Source of the DNA: Bacteroidota bacterium
GTDB lineage: Bacteria > Bacteroidota > Bacteroidia > Bacteroidales > CG2-30-32-10
Reading direction: 5' to 3'
DNA: 60,919 bases
Assembly (NCBI GenBank): GCA_013377115.1
Contig: JACAAW010000006.1
Location: 1 to 60,919 of the forward strand
The stretch's first letter is position 1; every line of letters starts with the position of its first letter. The position numbers were made by a program, and so were the translations under genes. Below are positions 29,370 to 39,506 of the stretch, in pieces. The notes under the pieces were generated by a model that was not told the DNA's origin, did no database searches, and worked only from the letters and a program-made list of their open reading frames with translations.

Positions 29370-31760
29370 ATGAAAGCATATCATTTTAAAACATTTTTAT
29401 TTATTTTACTTTTATTTGGATTTTTCAAAGGGTTTTCCCAGAATTTAACTGGAACCATTTATGAAATTGACAATGCAAAAAAGAAAGCTCCATTAACTGG
29501 CGTAAATATGTATTGGGTCGGAACTCAAATATACGCAACAACGGATGTTACTGGAAAATTTAAGATTAAAAAACCAGATACAAAAAAGCTGCAATTGGTA
29601 ATTAGTTTTGTTGGCTATAAAACAGATACCTTAACTGTTATGAAAAGTGAAAAGGATCTTGAAATTGTACTTTCTGTGAATAAAGAATTAAAAGAAGTAG
29701 TAATTCAGGCCAGTCAAGATGGTTCTTATATTTCGAAAATGAAAACCATTAAAACTGAGGTTATTACAACGGCGGGTTTGCAAAAAGCAGCCTGTTGTAA
29801 TTTGTCAGAAAGCTTCGAAACAAATGCTTCTGTCGACGTTTCATACAGCGATGCGATTACTGGGGCTAAGCAAATACAATTGCTTGGTTTATCTGGTATT
29901 TATAGTCAGATTCAAACGGAAAATATTCCTTCAATCAGAGGGATGGCATCCACATTTGGATTAAACTATATTCCTGGTTCTTGGATGGAATCGATACAAA
30001 TTTCGAAAGGAACTTCATCGGTTATCAATGGTTATGAGTCAATTACAGGACAAATTAATGTTGAATATAAAAAACCAACCACTTCAGAAAGATTGTTGGT
30101 TAATGTTTATGGTAACCAGAATCAACGACTTGAAGCAAACGTAACCAGTGCGTTTAAACTCAATAAAAAATTAAGTACCATGTTGATGATTCATGCCGAA
30201 GATTTTTCTGAGAAAATTAACAATATCGATTCTACAACAATCAATTTGAATGGAGAAAAAGTGAATCTTGGTGAAAATTTTATGGATTTGCCACTTGTTA
30301 CTTCCTATAATATTTTCAATCGTTGGGAATATTCTACAAAAAGATGGGAATCTAGATTTGGAATCAAATATATGAATGAAGACCGCAGAGGTGGAACCAT
30401 GGATTATAATAAAAACACCTTTGTTTTAGATACCTCAAAGATAAATTCAAAATCATTGCCTTATGGTTTTGGATTGAAAACCAATCGCGCTGAAGCCTTT
30501 TGGAAAAATGGGTTTATGTTTCCAGACAAACCATATAAAAGTGTAGGTTTAATATTATCAGGAGTTTATCATGATCAAAAAGGTTTTTTTGGAGTAAATG
30601 ATTATTATGGGAAAGAGCAAAGTCTTTATGCCAATCTAATTTATCAATCAATAATTGGAAATACAAATCATAAATTTTCTACTGGATTAAGTTATTTATA
30701 TGATAATTACGAGGAAGGATATGATCAAACACAATTTAGATATTTGTACCAAGTAAATTCTTATCCTGTTGGCGCATCGGCACCAATGTATGATATTACC
30801 ACCCTTTATGATTACAGACATGTAAAGTATAATTGGGACAGAATGGAATCAGTTCCTGGAGCATTTTTTGAATATACTTATAACTATCTGACAACCTTTA
30901 CATTAATTGCTGGAATTAGAGCTGATTACCACAATAAATACGGCTTATTTTATACTCCTCGCACCAATATGAGATGGCAAATTAATGAAGGTCTGACTGT
31001 TAGAGCCTCTGCTGGATTAGGTTATAGAACTGCAAATATTATTTCGGAAAATTTATCATTATTGGCCAGTCAGAGAATTTTATTGGTTGAAGAACCATTG
31101 AAACAAGAAAAAGCAGCCAATTATGGAATCAATATTACAAAAGATTTTAGATTGTTTAAAAACAAAGCCCAATTTACTTTAGATTTTTATCGTACTGATT
31201 TTATGAATCAGGTAATAGTTGATTTAGATAGAGATCCAACGACAGCTTATTTTTATAATCTCAGAGGTAAGTCATATTCAAATAGTTATCAGGCACAATT
31301 AACTATTGAACCTCTAAAACACTTGACAATTTTGATGGCATATAGAATAAATGATGCTAAAACAACAATAGACAGTGTTTTACAAGAAAGATTGTTGCAA
31401 AATAAATACAAAGGCTTGCTTAATATTTCCTACGCAACAAATTTTGAGAAATGGAAATTTGATTTCACTTCACAATTTAATGGAAGTGCAAGAATTTCGC
31501 CTCAAGAAAAAATGCCTGAGATTGTGAGACGAGATTATGAAAGAACCCCAGAATACATCATTCTAAATGCGCAAATAACAAAGAAATTTAGACATGATAT
31601 TGATGTTTATGTAGGTGTTGAAAATTTGACTAATTTTAAGCAAAAAGATCCAATTACAGAAGCATTTATTCCTTACCATACTCATTTTGATACTACAATG
31701 GCATGGGGTCCGATTATTGGTAGAGTTATTTATGCCGGAATGAGATTTAGTATTAAATAA
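29370..31760 (+). CDS. TonB-dependent receptor, metal-associated subfamily
   Basis: CarboxypepD_reg-like N-domain; plug with AACCNLSESFETN; C-terminal YAGMRFSIK; upstream of an HMA gene. Confidence 0.9.
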   Translation: MKAYHFKTFLFILLLFGFFKGFSQNLTGTIYEIDNAKKKAPLTGVNMYWVGTQIYATTDVTGKFKIKKPDTKKLQLVISFVGYKTDTLTVMKSEKDLEIVLSVNKELKEVVIQASQDGSYISKMKTIKTEVITTAGLQKAACCNLSESFETNASVDVSYSDAITGAKQIQLLGLSGIYSQIQTENIPSIRGMASTFGLNYIPGSWMESIQISKGTSSVINGYESITGQINVEYKKPTTSERLLVNVYGNQNQRLEANVTSAFKLNKKLSTMLMIHAEDFSEKINNIDSTTINLNGEKVNLGENFMDLPLVTSYNIFNRWEYSTKRWESRFGIKYMNEDRRGGTMDYNKNTFVLDTSKINSKSLPYGFGLKTNRAEAFWKNGFMFPDKPYKSVGLILSGVYHDQKGFFGVNDYYGKEQSLYANLIYQSIIGNTNHKFSTGLSYLYDNYEEGYDQTQFRYLYQVNSYPVGASAPMYDITTLYDYRHVKYNWDRMESVPGAFFEYTYNYLTTFTLIAGIRADYHNKYGLFYTPRTNMRWQINEGLTVRASAGLGYRTANIISENLSLLASQRILLVEEPLKQEKAANYGINITKDFRLFKNKAQFTLDFYRTDFMNQVIVDLDRDPTTAYFYNLRGKSYSNSYQAQLTIEPLKHLTILMAYRINDAKTTIDSVLQERLLQNKYKGLLNISYATNFEKWKFDFTSQFNGSARISPQEKMPEIVRRDYERTPEYIILNAQITKKFRHDIDVYVGVENLTNFKQKDPITEAFIPYHTHFDTTMAWGPIIGRVIYAGMRFSIK

Positions 31761-31796
31761 TTAAAAACAAACAAATATTAACTTAAAAAAATCAAT

Positions 31797-32150
31797 ATGA
31801 AAAACTTAGCAAAATTATTCGTTGTAGTAATTGTGGTTTTATCACAAGTGTCTTGTGCACAAAGCAATAAAAAAACAGCCGAAATTAAAATTAAAACATC
31901 TGCAGTTTGTGGTATGTGCAAAGAAAAAATTGAAAAAGAACTGCAATTTGAAAAAGGTGTAACTGCAGTTACCTTGGATTCTGAAACAAAAATCTGCACA
32001 ATTACTTACAAAACAGAAAAAACCACTCCTGAGAAATTGAGATTGGCCATTTCTAAAATTGGTTACGATGCCGACGAAGTTTTAGCCGATCCAAAGGCAT
32101 ATGAAAAACTTTCGCCCTGCTGTAAAAAAGATGCTGGGATGCATGAATAA
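31797..32150 (+). CDS. Exported heavy-metal-associated (HMA, MerP/CopZ-like) protein
   Basis: Signal peptide; CGMC metal motif; GY; C-terminal YEKLSPCC. Confidence 0.88.
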   Translation: MKNLAKLFVVVIVVLSQVSCAQSNKKTAEIKIKTSAVCGMCKEKIEKELQFEKGVTAVTLDSETKICTITYKTEKTTPEKLRLAISKIGYDADEVLADPKAYEKLSPCCKKDAGMHE

Positions 32151-32180
32151 AAAAAAGGTTCTCGATTGAGAACCTTTTTT
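32151..32180 (+). terminator. Rho-independent terminator ending the metal operon
   Basis: aaaaaaggttctc-gatt-gagaacctttttt. Confidence 0.88.
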
Positions 32181-32219
32181 GTTTAATTTTTTACTAAATT
32201 TGAAGATTATTGCTACCCT

Positions 32220-32954
32220 ATGAATTTAGTTGTTGATATTGGAAATACCCAAACCAAAATTGCTCTTTTTGATAAAAACGAACATCAAAAAACTGAGATT
32301 GTTGAGGGTTTTTCAAATGAATTTCTATTGAATTATCTTTCTAATCGAAATGATATTAAATCAATTATTGTTTCTTCGGTAAAGAATCTGAGGATTGATT
32401 TTGAGCCAATTCGTCAAAGAAATATTTTCGTAATCGAATTTGACGAAAATACGCTACTGCCAATTATCAACAATTATCAAAGTTCGAAAACTCTTGGAAA
32501 AGATCGCTTAGCGGCAGCTGTTGGAGGATATCTTTTGCATCAAAATGAAAATGTTTTGGTAATTGATGCTGGAACTTGTATAAAGTATGATTTTGTCGAT
32601 TCGATTGGTAATTACGAAGGTGGGGCAATCTCTCCAGGAATATTGATGAGATTTAAAGCTTTAAATACTTTTACTGATAAATTGCCGTTAGTAGAAAAGT
32701 CGAATTTTAATAAATTAATTGGAAAAACAACTGAGGAATCAATTTTATCAGGTGTTTTTAATGGTGTTTTTGCTGAAGTTGATGGAATAATTGACCAGTA
32801 CAAGCAGAAATTTGGAGAGGTTAAAATTGTTTTAAGCGGTGGCGATATGAATTATTTTGATAATAGACTAAAAAATAGCATCTTTGCATTTCCAAATATA
32901 GTGATATTCGGGTTAAACAAAATATTGAATTTTAATGACAAATCGAATTTTTAA
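32220..32954 (+). CDS. coaX: Type III pantothenate kinase
   Basis: VDIGNT, LGKDR, IDAGTC, GGAISPG, SGGD; -7 box TAAATTTG 32195-32202. Confidence 0.93.
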   Translation: MNLVVDIGNTQTKIALFDKNEHQKTEIVEGFSNEFLLNYLSNRNDIKSIIVSSVKNLRIDFEPIRQRNIFVIEFDENTLLPIINNYQSSKTLGKDRLAAAVGGYLLHQNENVLVIDAGTCIKYDFVDSIGNYEGGAISPGILMRFKALNTFTDKLPLVEKSNFNKLIGKTTEESILSGVFNGVFAEVDGIIDQYKQKFGEVKIVLSGGDMNYFDNRLKNSIFAFPNIVIFGLNKILNFNDKSNF

Positions 32955-34221
32955 GGTTTCATTTACAGTTGTTTTACTGTTAATTATGTTTTCTGGTTTG
33001 GTTCATTCTCAAACAGTTATTAGTTCACCATATTCAAGATATGGTTTGGGAAAATTGCAAAATAGCAATCAGGCATACACTATGTCGATGGGAGGAGTTG
33101 GTTATGGAATTAGAAATTCGAGTATAATAAATTTTTCAAATCCAGCATCATACAATTGTGCCGATACGCTTTCTTTTGTTTTCGAAACAGGAGTTTATAG
33201 CAATTTTTCAGTAATGAAAACAAAGGAATTAAGTCAGAATAGAAACTATACTTCCTTAAGTTATCTTTTGTTTGGTTTTCCCGTAACAAAATGGTGGGGA
33301 GTTGGCTTGGGTGTGTTGCCTTATAGTAATGTTGGATATAAAATTTCTGACGAGCAAACTATTGCAAATGTGGGAAGAACAGATTTTACTTATGAAGGTT
33401 CTGGTGGATTAAACAAAGTTTTTATTGGGAATTCTTTTAAACCTTTCAAGAATTTTTCTATCGGATTTAATGCTTCGTACGTCTTTGGAGCATTGGTAAA
33501 AACACGTACTGTTAATTTTCCTGATTCTGTGTCGTTTTTCAACTATAAAATAAAGAACAATACCAATGTTGGTGATTTTTCATTTAATTACGGATTACAG
33601 TACATTTTGCCATTAAAAAAGGGGAATTCATTAAATTTCGGACTTGTTTTTAGTAATTCTCAAAAAATGGGTGCCAGCAAAGATGAATTAGGAATCAGGT
33701 TTCTTCCTCAAACTGGTGGTGGAATTATTGTTAAAGACACTGTTGCTTTTACCTCCGACTTGTCTGGGGATATCGTTATTCCAACTTCAATTGGCGGAGG
33801 AATTGTTTTTAAAAGAACCGAAAAATTGCTAATTGGTGCTGATGTAAATTGGCAAAATTGGTCAAAATACACATCTTTTGGTGAATCTGATTCCTTGAAA
33901 AATAGCATGGACTTTGCTTTTGGAGGTCAATTTATTCCAAATAGTACTTCATCAAGTAGTTATTTTAAGAAAATGGCTTATAGGTTAGGTGTGAGATATG
34001 GTCAAACTTACCTTCAAATAAAAAACTCCCAATTAACTGAATATGCCGTTAGTTTTGGATTTACGTTTCCTCTAAGAAAAACCAGAACAACTGTTAATTT
34101 AGCATTTGAACTTGGAGAAATGGGAACCTACGAAAACAATCTTCATAAAGAGCAGTTTGGCAGGGTGATGTTAACTTTCAATATCAAAGAAAGATGGTTT
34201 ATTAAGCCAAAATTTGATTAG
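32935..34221 (+). CDS. Outer-membrane beta-barrel protein (FadL/PorV-like superfamily)
   Basis: SSPYSRYGLG, MGG, NPASY, GSGGL; C-terminal ERWF; position after coaX. Confidence 0.75.
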   Translation: MTNRIFKVSFTVVLLLIMFSGLVHSQTVISSPYSRYGLGKLQNSNQAYTMSMGGVGYGIRNSSIINFSNPASYNCADTLSFVFETGVYSNFSVMKTKELSQNRNYTSLSYLLFGFPVTKWWGVGLGVLPYSNVGYKISDEQTIANVGRTDFTYEGSGGLNKVFIGNSFKPFKNFSIGFNASYVFGALVKTRTVNFPDSVSFFNYKIKNNTNVGDFSFNYGLQYILPLKKGNSLNFGLVFSNSQKMGASKDELGIRFLPQTGGGIIVKDTVAFTSDLSGDIVIPTSIGGGIVFKRTEKLLIGADVNWQNWSKYTSFGESDSLKNSMDFAFGGQFIPNSTSSSSYFKKMAYRLGVRYGQTYLQIKNSQLTEYAVSFGFTFPLRKTRTTVNLAFELGEMGTYENNLHKEQFGRVMLTFNIKERWFIKPKFD

Positions 34222-34243
34222 TTCAGAATTTAAGTTTTTTTCA

Positions 34244-34852
34244 ATGTCTTCTTCTTCAAAAAAAAATTCCATTTTTTCTAAAAAGAATCTTCTTTTTATT
34301 TGTTCCATTTTTTTGCTTTTTTTGTCTGCGTGCGAAAACGACATGAAGGTGATTAACTCGCTTGTTGCTGATAAAAAATTACCCGAAATGTCAGCAAAAG
34401 ATGTTGAAATGATTATTAGTGATTCTGGAAATGTAATTGCTTATATGACTACCAAGCAATTGGATAGGTATAATTTTGAACGACCTTATATTGAAATGCC
34501 AAAAGGAGTGAAAGTTTTGTTTTATGATAGCCTGAAACGTGTAAATGCCAGTCTGTCTGCAAGTTATGCAATAAATTACGAGAATGAAAAAGTAATGGAT
34601 GTTAGAAGCAATGTAATTGTTGTTAATGTTAAAGGCCAAGTTTTAAATACAGAACATCTTGTTTGGAATCAAAAAACCAAGCGAATTTATTCTGATGTTT
34701 TTGTGAAAGTGACCACTCAAGATGAAATAATAAAGGGAACCGGTCTTGATGCTGACGAACAATTTGATAAATGGAAGATTACCCATGTCACGGGAACCAT
34801 TATGGTGAAAAATGATAAAGAAGGCGAGAATGATTCAACAAATACAAAATAA
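34244..34852 (+). CDS. lptC: LPS export periplasmic protein LptC (lipoprotein type)
   Basis: LSAC lipobox; SDSG, PKG, LNTEHLVWNQ, IKGTGL; start uncertain (34214 or 34244). Confidence 0.8.
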   Translation: MSSSSKKNSIFSKKNLLFICSIFLLFLSACENDMKVINSLVADKKLPEMSAKDVEMIISDSGNVIAYMTTKQLDRYNFERPYIEMPKGVKVLFYDSLKRVNASLSASYAINYENEKVMDVRSNVIVVNVKGQVLNTEHLVWNQKTKRIYSDVFVKVTTQDEIIKGTGLDADEQFDKWKITHVTGTIMVKNDKEGENDSTNTK

Positions 34853-34864
34853 TAAGAAAAATTA

Positions 34865-36124
34865 ATGGAAAATTGGATCGTTATTTTATTTACACTCCTA
34901 TTTTCTGCTTTTTTTTCGGGAATGGAAATCGCTTTCGTTTCAGCAAACTTATTGAAGATAGAACTCGATAAGAAGAAAGGATTAATTTCTGGAAGAATTC
35001 TTTCCCGGTTTTCTCAAAACCCAACCAATTTTATTGCTACCATGCTTGTTGGAAACAACATTTCTTTGGTTATTTATGGGGTTTTTATGGCTAAAATTTT
35101 GGAACCTGTTTTAATTAATTTTTTACCAGAAGCTTTTCAATCTGATTTTCTCTTTTTGACGATTCAAACCATTCTTTCTACTTTGTTGATTTTAATTGTT
35201 GCCGAATTTATGCCAAAAGTTTTTTTCCGCATCAACCCAAACTATATGTTAAGCGTTTTTTCAGTTCCTCTCATTGTAAGCTATTATTTTCTTTTTCCTG
35301 TTGTTTTTGTTACCATTTATTTATCCGAATTTATTCTTCAAAAAGTATTCAAAGTAAAGTTCATTTATGAGAAACGCGTTTTTGGAAGTGTTGATTTAGA
35401 CAATTATTTGAAAGAATTCACGGATGAAGATTCACATGTAAATGAGCAAAACCAGGAAATCAAGATGTTTCAAAATGCTATGGATTTTTCGGATATTAAG
35501 GTTCGGGAATGTATGATTCCTAGAACTGAAATTGTGGCAATAGAAGACAATGAAACAATTATTGATTTGAAAAATAAATTTATCGAAAGTGGTTTGTCAA
35601 AAGTGTTGATTTTTAACGAAAGTATTGATAATATTATTGGATACGCACATTCTTTCGACATGTTTAAAAATCCAAAAACGATTAACTCAATTCAAAGGCC
35701 AATTTTATTTGCTCCAGAAACACAAAAAATACAAGAACTTCTTACCTTATTGATTCAGCAGCAAAAGAGCATTGCAGTGGTTGTCGACGAATTTGGTGGC
35801 ACATCAGGCATGGTGACAGTTGAAGATATTATTGAAGAAATATTTGGTGAAATAAACGATGAATTTGATTTGGACAAATTGGTAGAAAAGCAAATCTCAG
35901 AAAATGAATTTCTTTTCTCTGGTCGCACGGAAATTGACTATATCAATGAAAAATATCATTTGAAAATTGAAGAATCAGACGATTATGAAACAATTGGAGG
36001 CTTTATTATCCATCACCATGAAAGTATTCCAAAAAAAGATGAAGTGATTGAAATTCATGATTTTATATTCACGATTGTTCAGGTCTCTGAAACAAAAATT
36101 GAACAAGTTATTCTTAAGATTTAG
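34865..36124 (+). CDS. CNNM/DUF21-CBS-CorC_HlyC hemolysin-family membrane protein
   Basis: FSAFFSGMEIAF, AEFMPK, MIPRTEI, VDEFGGTSG.VTVEDIIEEIFGEI.DE. Confidence 0.9.
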   Translation: MENWIVILFTLLFSAFFSGMEIAFVSANLLKIELDKKKGLISGRILSRFSQNPTNFIATMLVGNNISLVIYGVFMAKILEPVLINFLPEAFQSDFLFLTIQTILSTLLILIVAEFMPKVFFRINPNYMLSVFSVPLIVSYYFLFPVVFVTIYLSEFILQKVFKVKFIYEKRVFGSVDLDNYLKEFTDEDSHVNEQNQEIKMFQNAMDFSDIKVRECMIPRTEIVAIEDNETIIDLKNKFIESGLSKVLIFNESIDNIIGYAHSFDMFKNPKTINSIQRPILFAPETQKIQELLTLLIQQQKSIAVVVDEFGGTSGMVTVEDIIEEIFGEINDEFDLDKLVEKQISENEFLFSGRTEIDYINEKYHLKIEESDDYETIGGFIIHHHESIPKKDEVIEIHDFIFTIVQVSETKIEQVILKI

Positions 36125-36190
36125 TCGTTTTTGAATTGAAGCGAAACATCAAACGAAAGATTTGCTATCTTTGCCACCTCAAATAAATTT

Positions 36191-38140
36191 ATGATTTCGG
36201 TTAACAATCTTTCTATTAGCTTTACAGGCACCTACTTATTCGATGATGTTTCATTTATCGTAAATGATCGTGACCGAATTGGTTTGGTAGGAAAAAATGG
36301 TGCAGGAAAATCTACTTTATTAAAAATCCTATCAGGTCTCCAAGAAGCTGAAAAAGGAACTTTTGTTAAGCCTAATGATACAACAATTGGTTATTTGCCT
36401 CAGGAGCTTAAGAATAAAAGCAACAAGACGATTTTAAATGAGGCGCTTTCAGCTTTTGTTGAAGCAAAGGATCTTGAATCCAAAATAAAGCATTATACTT
36501 CGGAAATTTCGAAAAGAACTGATTATGAATCGGATGCATATTATCAAATAATCCACCAGCTTACAGATGCAAATGAAAGATTTCAAATTATTGGAGGTCA
36601 CACGATGCAGGCTGATGCAGAAAGAGTTCTGATTGGACTTGGATTTACTCAAAACGATTTCGAAAGACCGATTAGTGAGTTTAGTGGTGGCTGGCAAATG
36701 CGTGTTGAACTTGCAAAAATCTTACTTCAAAAACCAGATGTGTTATTACTGGATGAGCCAACGAATCACCTTGATATAGAGTCAATTCAGTGGTTAGAAG
36801 ATTTCTTGATTGGATATTTTGGTGCAGTTGTTTTGGTTTCTCACGATAGGGCTTTTCTGGACAATATTACTCAACGAACTATTGAAATTTCTTTAGGGAA
36901 AATTTATGATTTCAAGGCATGTTACTCAGACTATTTGATTTTGCGGGCTGAAGGTCGCGAACAACAGATGGCAACCTACAATAATCAGCAAAAGCAAATT
37001 CAGGATATTGAAAAATTTATTACCCGGTTTAGAGCGCAAGCTACCAAAGCAAAGCAGGTTCAATCAAGGATAAAACTGCTTGATAAAATCGATAGAGTGG
37101 AAGTTGAGGCAATTGATAGTTCGGCAATTCATTTTAGATTTCCTCCAGCTCCACATTGCGGAAAAGTAATGGTTGAGGCTGAAAATCTTTCGAAAGCTTA
37201 TGGAAATAAGAAAGTTTTATCAAATTTAACTTTTTTGGTAAATAAAGGAGAACGGGTTGCGCTCGTTGGGAAAAATGGAGAAGGAAAAACAACATTGTCT
37301 AGAATAATTATCAAAGATCTTGATTATGAGGGAAGTTGCAAGCTCGGACATAATGTTTCGGTTGGGTATTATGCTCAAAATCAGGCAGATTTACTTAATC
37401 CAGACAAAACAGTTTTTGAAACTATCGATGATATCGCAGTTGGTGAAATCAGAACTAAAATTAGAAATATCTTAGGATCTTTTCTTTTTGGTGCAGAAGC
37501 AATTGACAAAAAAGTTAAAGTATTATCTGGTGGTGAAAAATCACGTTTGGCATTGGCAAAACTTTTATTGACTCCTGTGAATTTATTGGTTTTGGATGAG
37601 CCAACAAATCATTTGGATATGCAATCCAAAGATATTTTAAAAAATGCTTTGAATAAATATGATGGAACTTTAATCATCGTTTCGCACGATAGGGATTTTC
37701 TTCAAGGTTTAACCAATAAGGTTTACGAGTTTAAAAATCAGAAAATTAAGGAATATATTGGTGATATTTATAATTTCTTGCAGTCAAGAAAAATGGAATC
37801 GCTTAAGCAATTGGAGAAGAAAACCAATGATAATCTGAAGGTTGCTGTTTCTGGTGAATCTCAAAATAAAGTTAATAGAGAAAAAAGGAAGCTTTTCGAA
37901 AAGGAGTTACGGAAAATTGAAACTCAAATCGAGCGCAGCGAGAAGGAAATTGATAGATTGGAAAAGGAAATTAAAGCAATTGATGATATTTTGCTCAATC
38001 CTGAAACTTACAAAGAAGCTTTAAAATCAAAGGATTTTTACTCGAACTATGAAGAATTAAAAGGTCAACTCGAAAAGGAAATGCAAATTTGGGAAGAGCT
38101 CAATAGTAAAGCTGATGAATTGAAGAATTCTGAAATCTAA
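36191..38140 (+). CDS. ABC-F family ATP-binding protein
   Basis: Two NBDs (GKNGAGKST, FSGGW, LDEPTNHLD; GKNGEGKTT, LSGGE), no TM segments, C-terminal coiled coil; -7 box TATCTTTG 36166-36173. Confidence 0.92.
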   Translation: MISVNNLSISFTGTYLFDDVSFIVNDRDRIGLVGKNGAGKSTLLKILSGLQEAEKGTFVKPNDTTIGYLPQELKNKSNKTILNEALSAFVEAKDLESKIKHYTSEISKRTDYESDAYYQIIHQLTDANERFQIIGGHTMQADAERVLIGLGFTQNDFERPISEFSGGWQMRVELAKILLQKPDVLLLDEPTNHLDIESIQWLEDFLIGYFGAVVLVSHDRAFLDNITQRTIEISLGKIYDFKACYSDYLILRAEGREQQMATYNNQQKQIQDIEKFITRFRAQATKAKQVQSRIKLLDKIDRVEVEAIDSSAIHFRFPPAPHCGKVMVEAENLSKAYGNKKVLSNLTFLVNKGERVALVGKNGEGKTTLSRIIIKDLDYEGSCKLGHNVSVGYYAQNQADLLNPDKTVFETIDDIAVGEIRTKIRNILGSFLFGAEAIDKKVKVLSGGEKSRLALAKLLLTPVNLLVLDEPTNHLDMQSKDILKNALNKYDGTLIIVSHDRDFLQGLTNKVYEFKNQKIKEYIGDIYNFLQSRKMESLKQLEKKTNDNLKVAVSGESQNKVNREKRKLFEKELRKIETQIERSEKEIDRLEKEIKAIDDILLNPETYKEALKSKDFYSNYEELKGQLEKEMQIWEELNSKADELKNSEI

Positions 38141-39486
38141 TTTTTCAGTCTTTTATCTAATTCTTCTTTTTGTTTTTCAAAACCTGGCTTTCCAAGTAAT
38201 GCGAACATATTAGCTTTATAAGCTTCAACTCCAGGTTGATCGAATGGATTGACATCCAAAACATAACCGCTCAATGCACAGGCAAATTCAAAAAAGTAAA
38301 TCAATTCACCTAGATTCTCTTCATCCAATTTTGGAATAGTTATTTTGATGTTTGGAACGTTTCCATCAACGTGTGCCAGCATGGTTCCTGCTTCTGCCTT
38401 TTCATTAATCTCTTGAATATTTCTACCGGCGAGGAAATTCAAACCATCTAAATCATTTTCATCGAAAGGAACTTTTAAACTGTTTTTTGAATTTTCAACA
38501 GAAAGAACTGTTTCGAAAATTATTCTCAAACCATCTTGAACGTATTGTCCCATTGAATGCAAATCTGTTGAAAAATTTACTCCAGCAGGAAATATTCCTT
38601 TGCTTTCTTTTCCTTCGCTCTCGCCATAGAGTTGCTTCCACCATTCCGTAAAGTATTGAAGGTAAGGTTGAAAGTTTGCCAAAATTTCAATTTTCTTTCC
38701 TTTTTGATAAAGTAAATTTCTGACCACGGAATATAAAACAGCTGGATTTTCTTCAATTTTTGATGAAGCTTTTAATGTAGTTTCCATTTTTCTTGCACCT
38801 TCAACAATTTTTTTAATGTCGAAACCAGCTGCAGCAATTGGCAAGAGGCCAACTGGAGTTAAAACTGAATATCTTCCACCAACGTCATCAGGTATACCGA
38901 ATGTTTTATAATTTTCGGTAGTTGCTAATTGTTTTAATGCGCCTCTGGAAAAATCTGTCACGGCCACAATTCTTTGATTTGCAGCTTCTTTGCCGTATTT
39001 ATTTTCTATATGGTTTTTTAATAGACGAAAAGCTAAAGCAGGTTCGGTGGTAGTTCCTGATTTTGAAATAACTACAATCGAATAATCTTTATTATTTAAT
39101 AATTCCAAAAGTTCAAAATGATAATCTTCACTGATGTTATTTCCTGCATAAATAACAAATGGTTTTTTTTGATTATTGCTCAACGCAGCGAATTGATTGT
39201 TTAAAGCATCAATAACTGCTTTCGCTCCTAAATAAGAACCTCCAATTCCAACAACAACAATTAAATCGGAATTATTTGAAATAATTTCTGCGGATTTATT
39301 TATTTCATCCAATTGATCATTGGAAATGGAAGATGGCAAATCTACCCAACCCAAAAAATCATTTCCTTTTCCTTTTTTGTTGATTAGATCAGAGTGATGC
39401 TGACTAATAATTGATTGATAAGCATCAATCTCATTTTGAGTTATGATTCCTATTGTTTTTTTGATATCAATTTTTAAATTTATCAT
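38137..39486 (-). CDS. pgi: Glucose-6-phosphate isomerase
   Basis: GIGGSYLG, SKSGTTTE, GGRYSVLT, QLYGESEGK, NPFDQPGVEAYK. Confidence 0.96.
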   Translation of the reverse strand: MINLKIDIKKTIGIITQNEIDAYQSIISQHHSDLINKKGKGNDFLGWVDLPSSISNDQLDEINKSAEIISNNSDLIVVVGIGGSYLGAKAVIDALNNQFAALSNNQKKPFVIYAGNNISEDYHFELLELLNNKDYSIVVISKSGTTTEPALAFRLLKNHIENKYGKEAANQRIVAVTDFSRGALKQLATTENYKTFGIPDDVGGRYSVLTPVGLLPIAAAGFDIKKIVEGARKMETTLKASSKIEENPAVLYSVVRNLLYQKGKKIEILANFQPYLQYFTEWWKQLYGESEGKESKGIFPAGVNFSTDLHSMGQYVQDGLRIIFETVLSVENSKNSLKVPFDENDLDGLNFLAGRNIQEINEKAEAGTMLAHVDGNVPNIKITIPKLDEENLGELIYFFEFACALSGYVLDVNPFDQPGVEAYKANMFALLGKPGFEKQKEELDKRLKN

Positions 39487-39506
39487 GAAACCAGTATGTT
39501 TAATAA

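Noticed and set aside
38137-38140. 4-nt overlap of convergent ABC-F and pgi stop codons
   Set aside because: Common in compact genomes; no evidence of antisense regulation.
36191-38140. ABC-F as an antibiotic-resistance (ARE) gene
   Set aside because: Housekeeping context and no leader peptide or attenuator visible; the subfamily cannot be assigned without a phylogeny.
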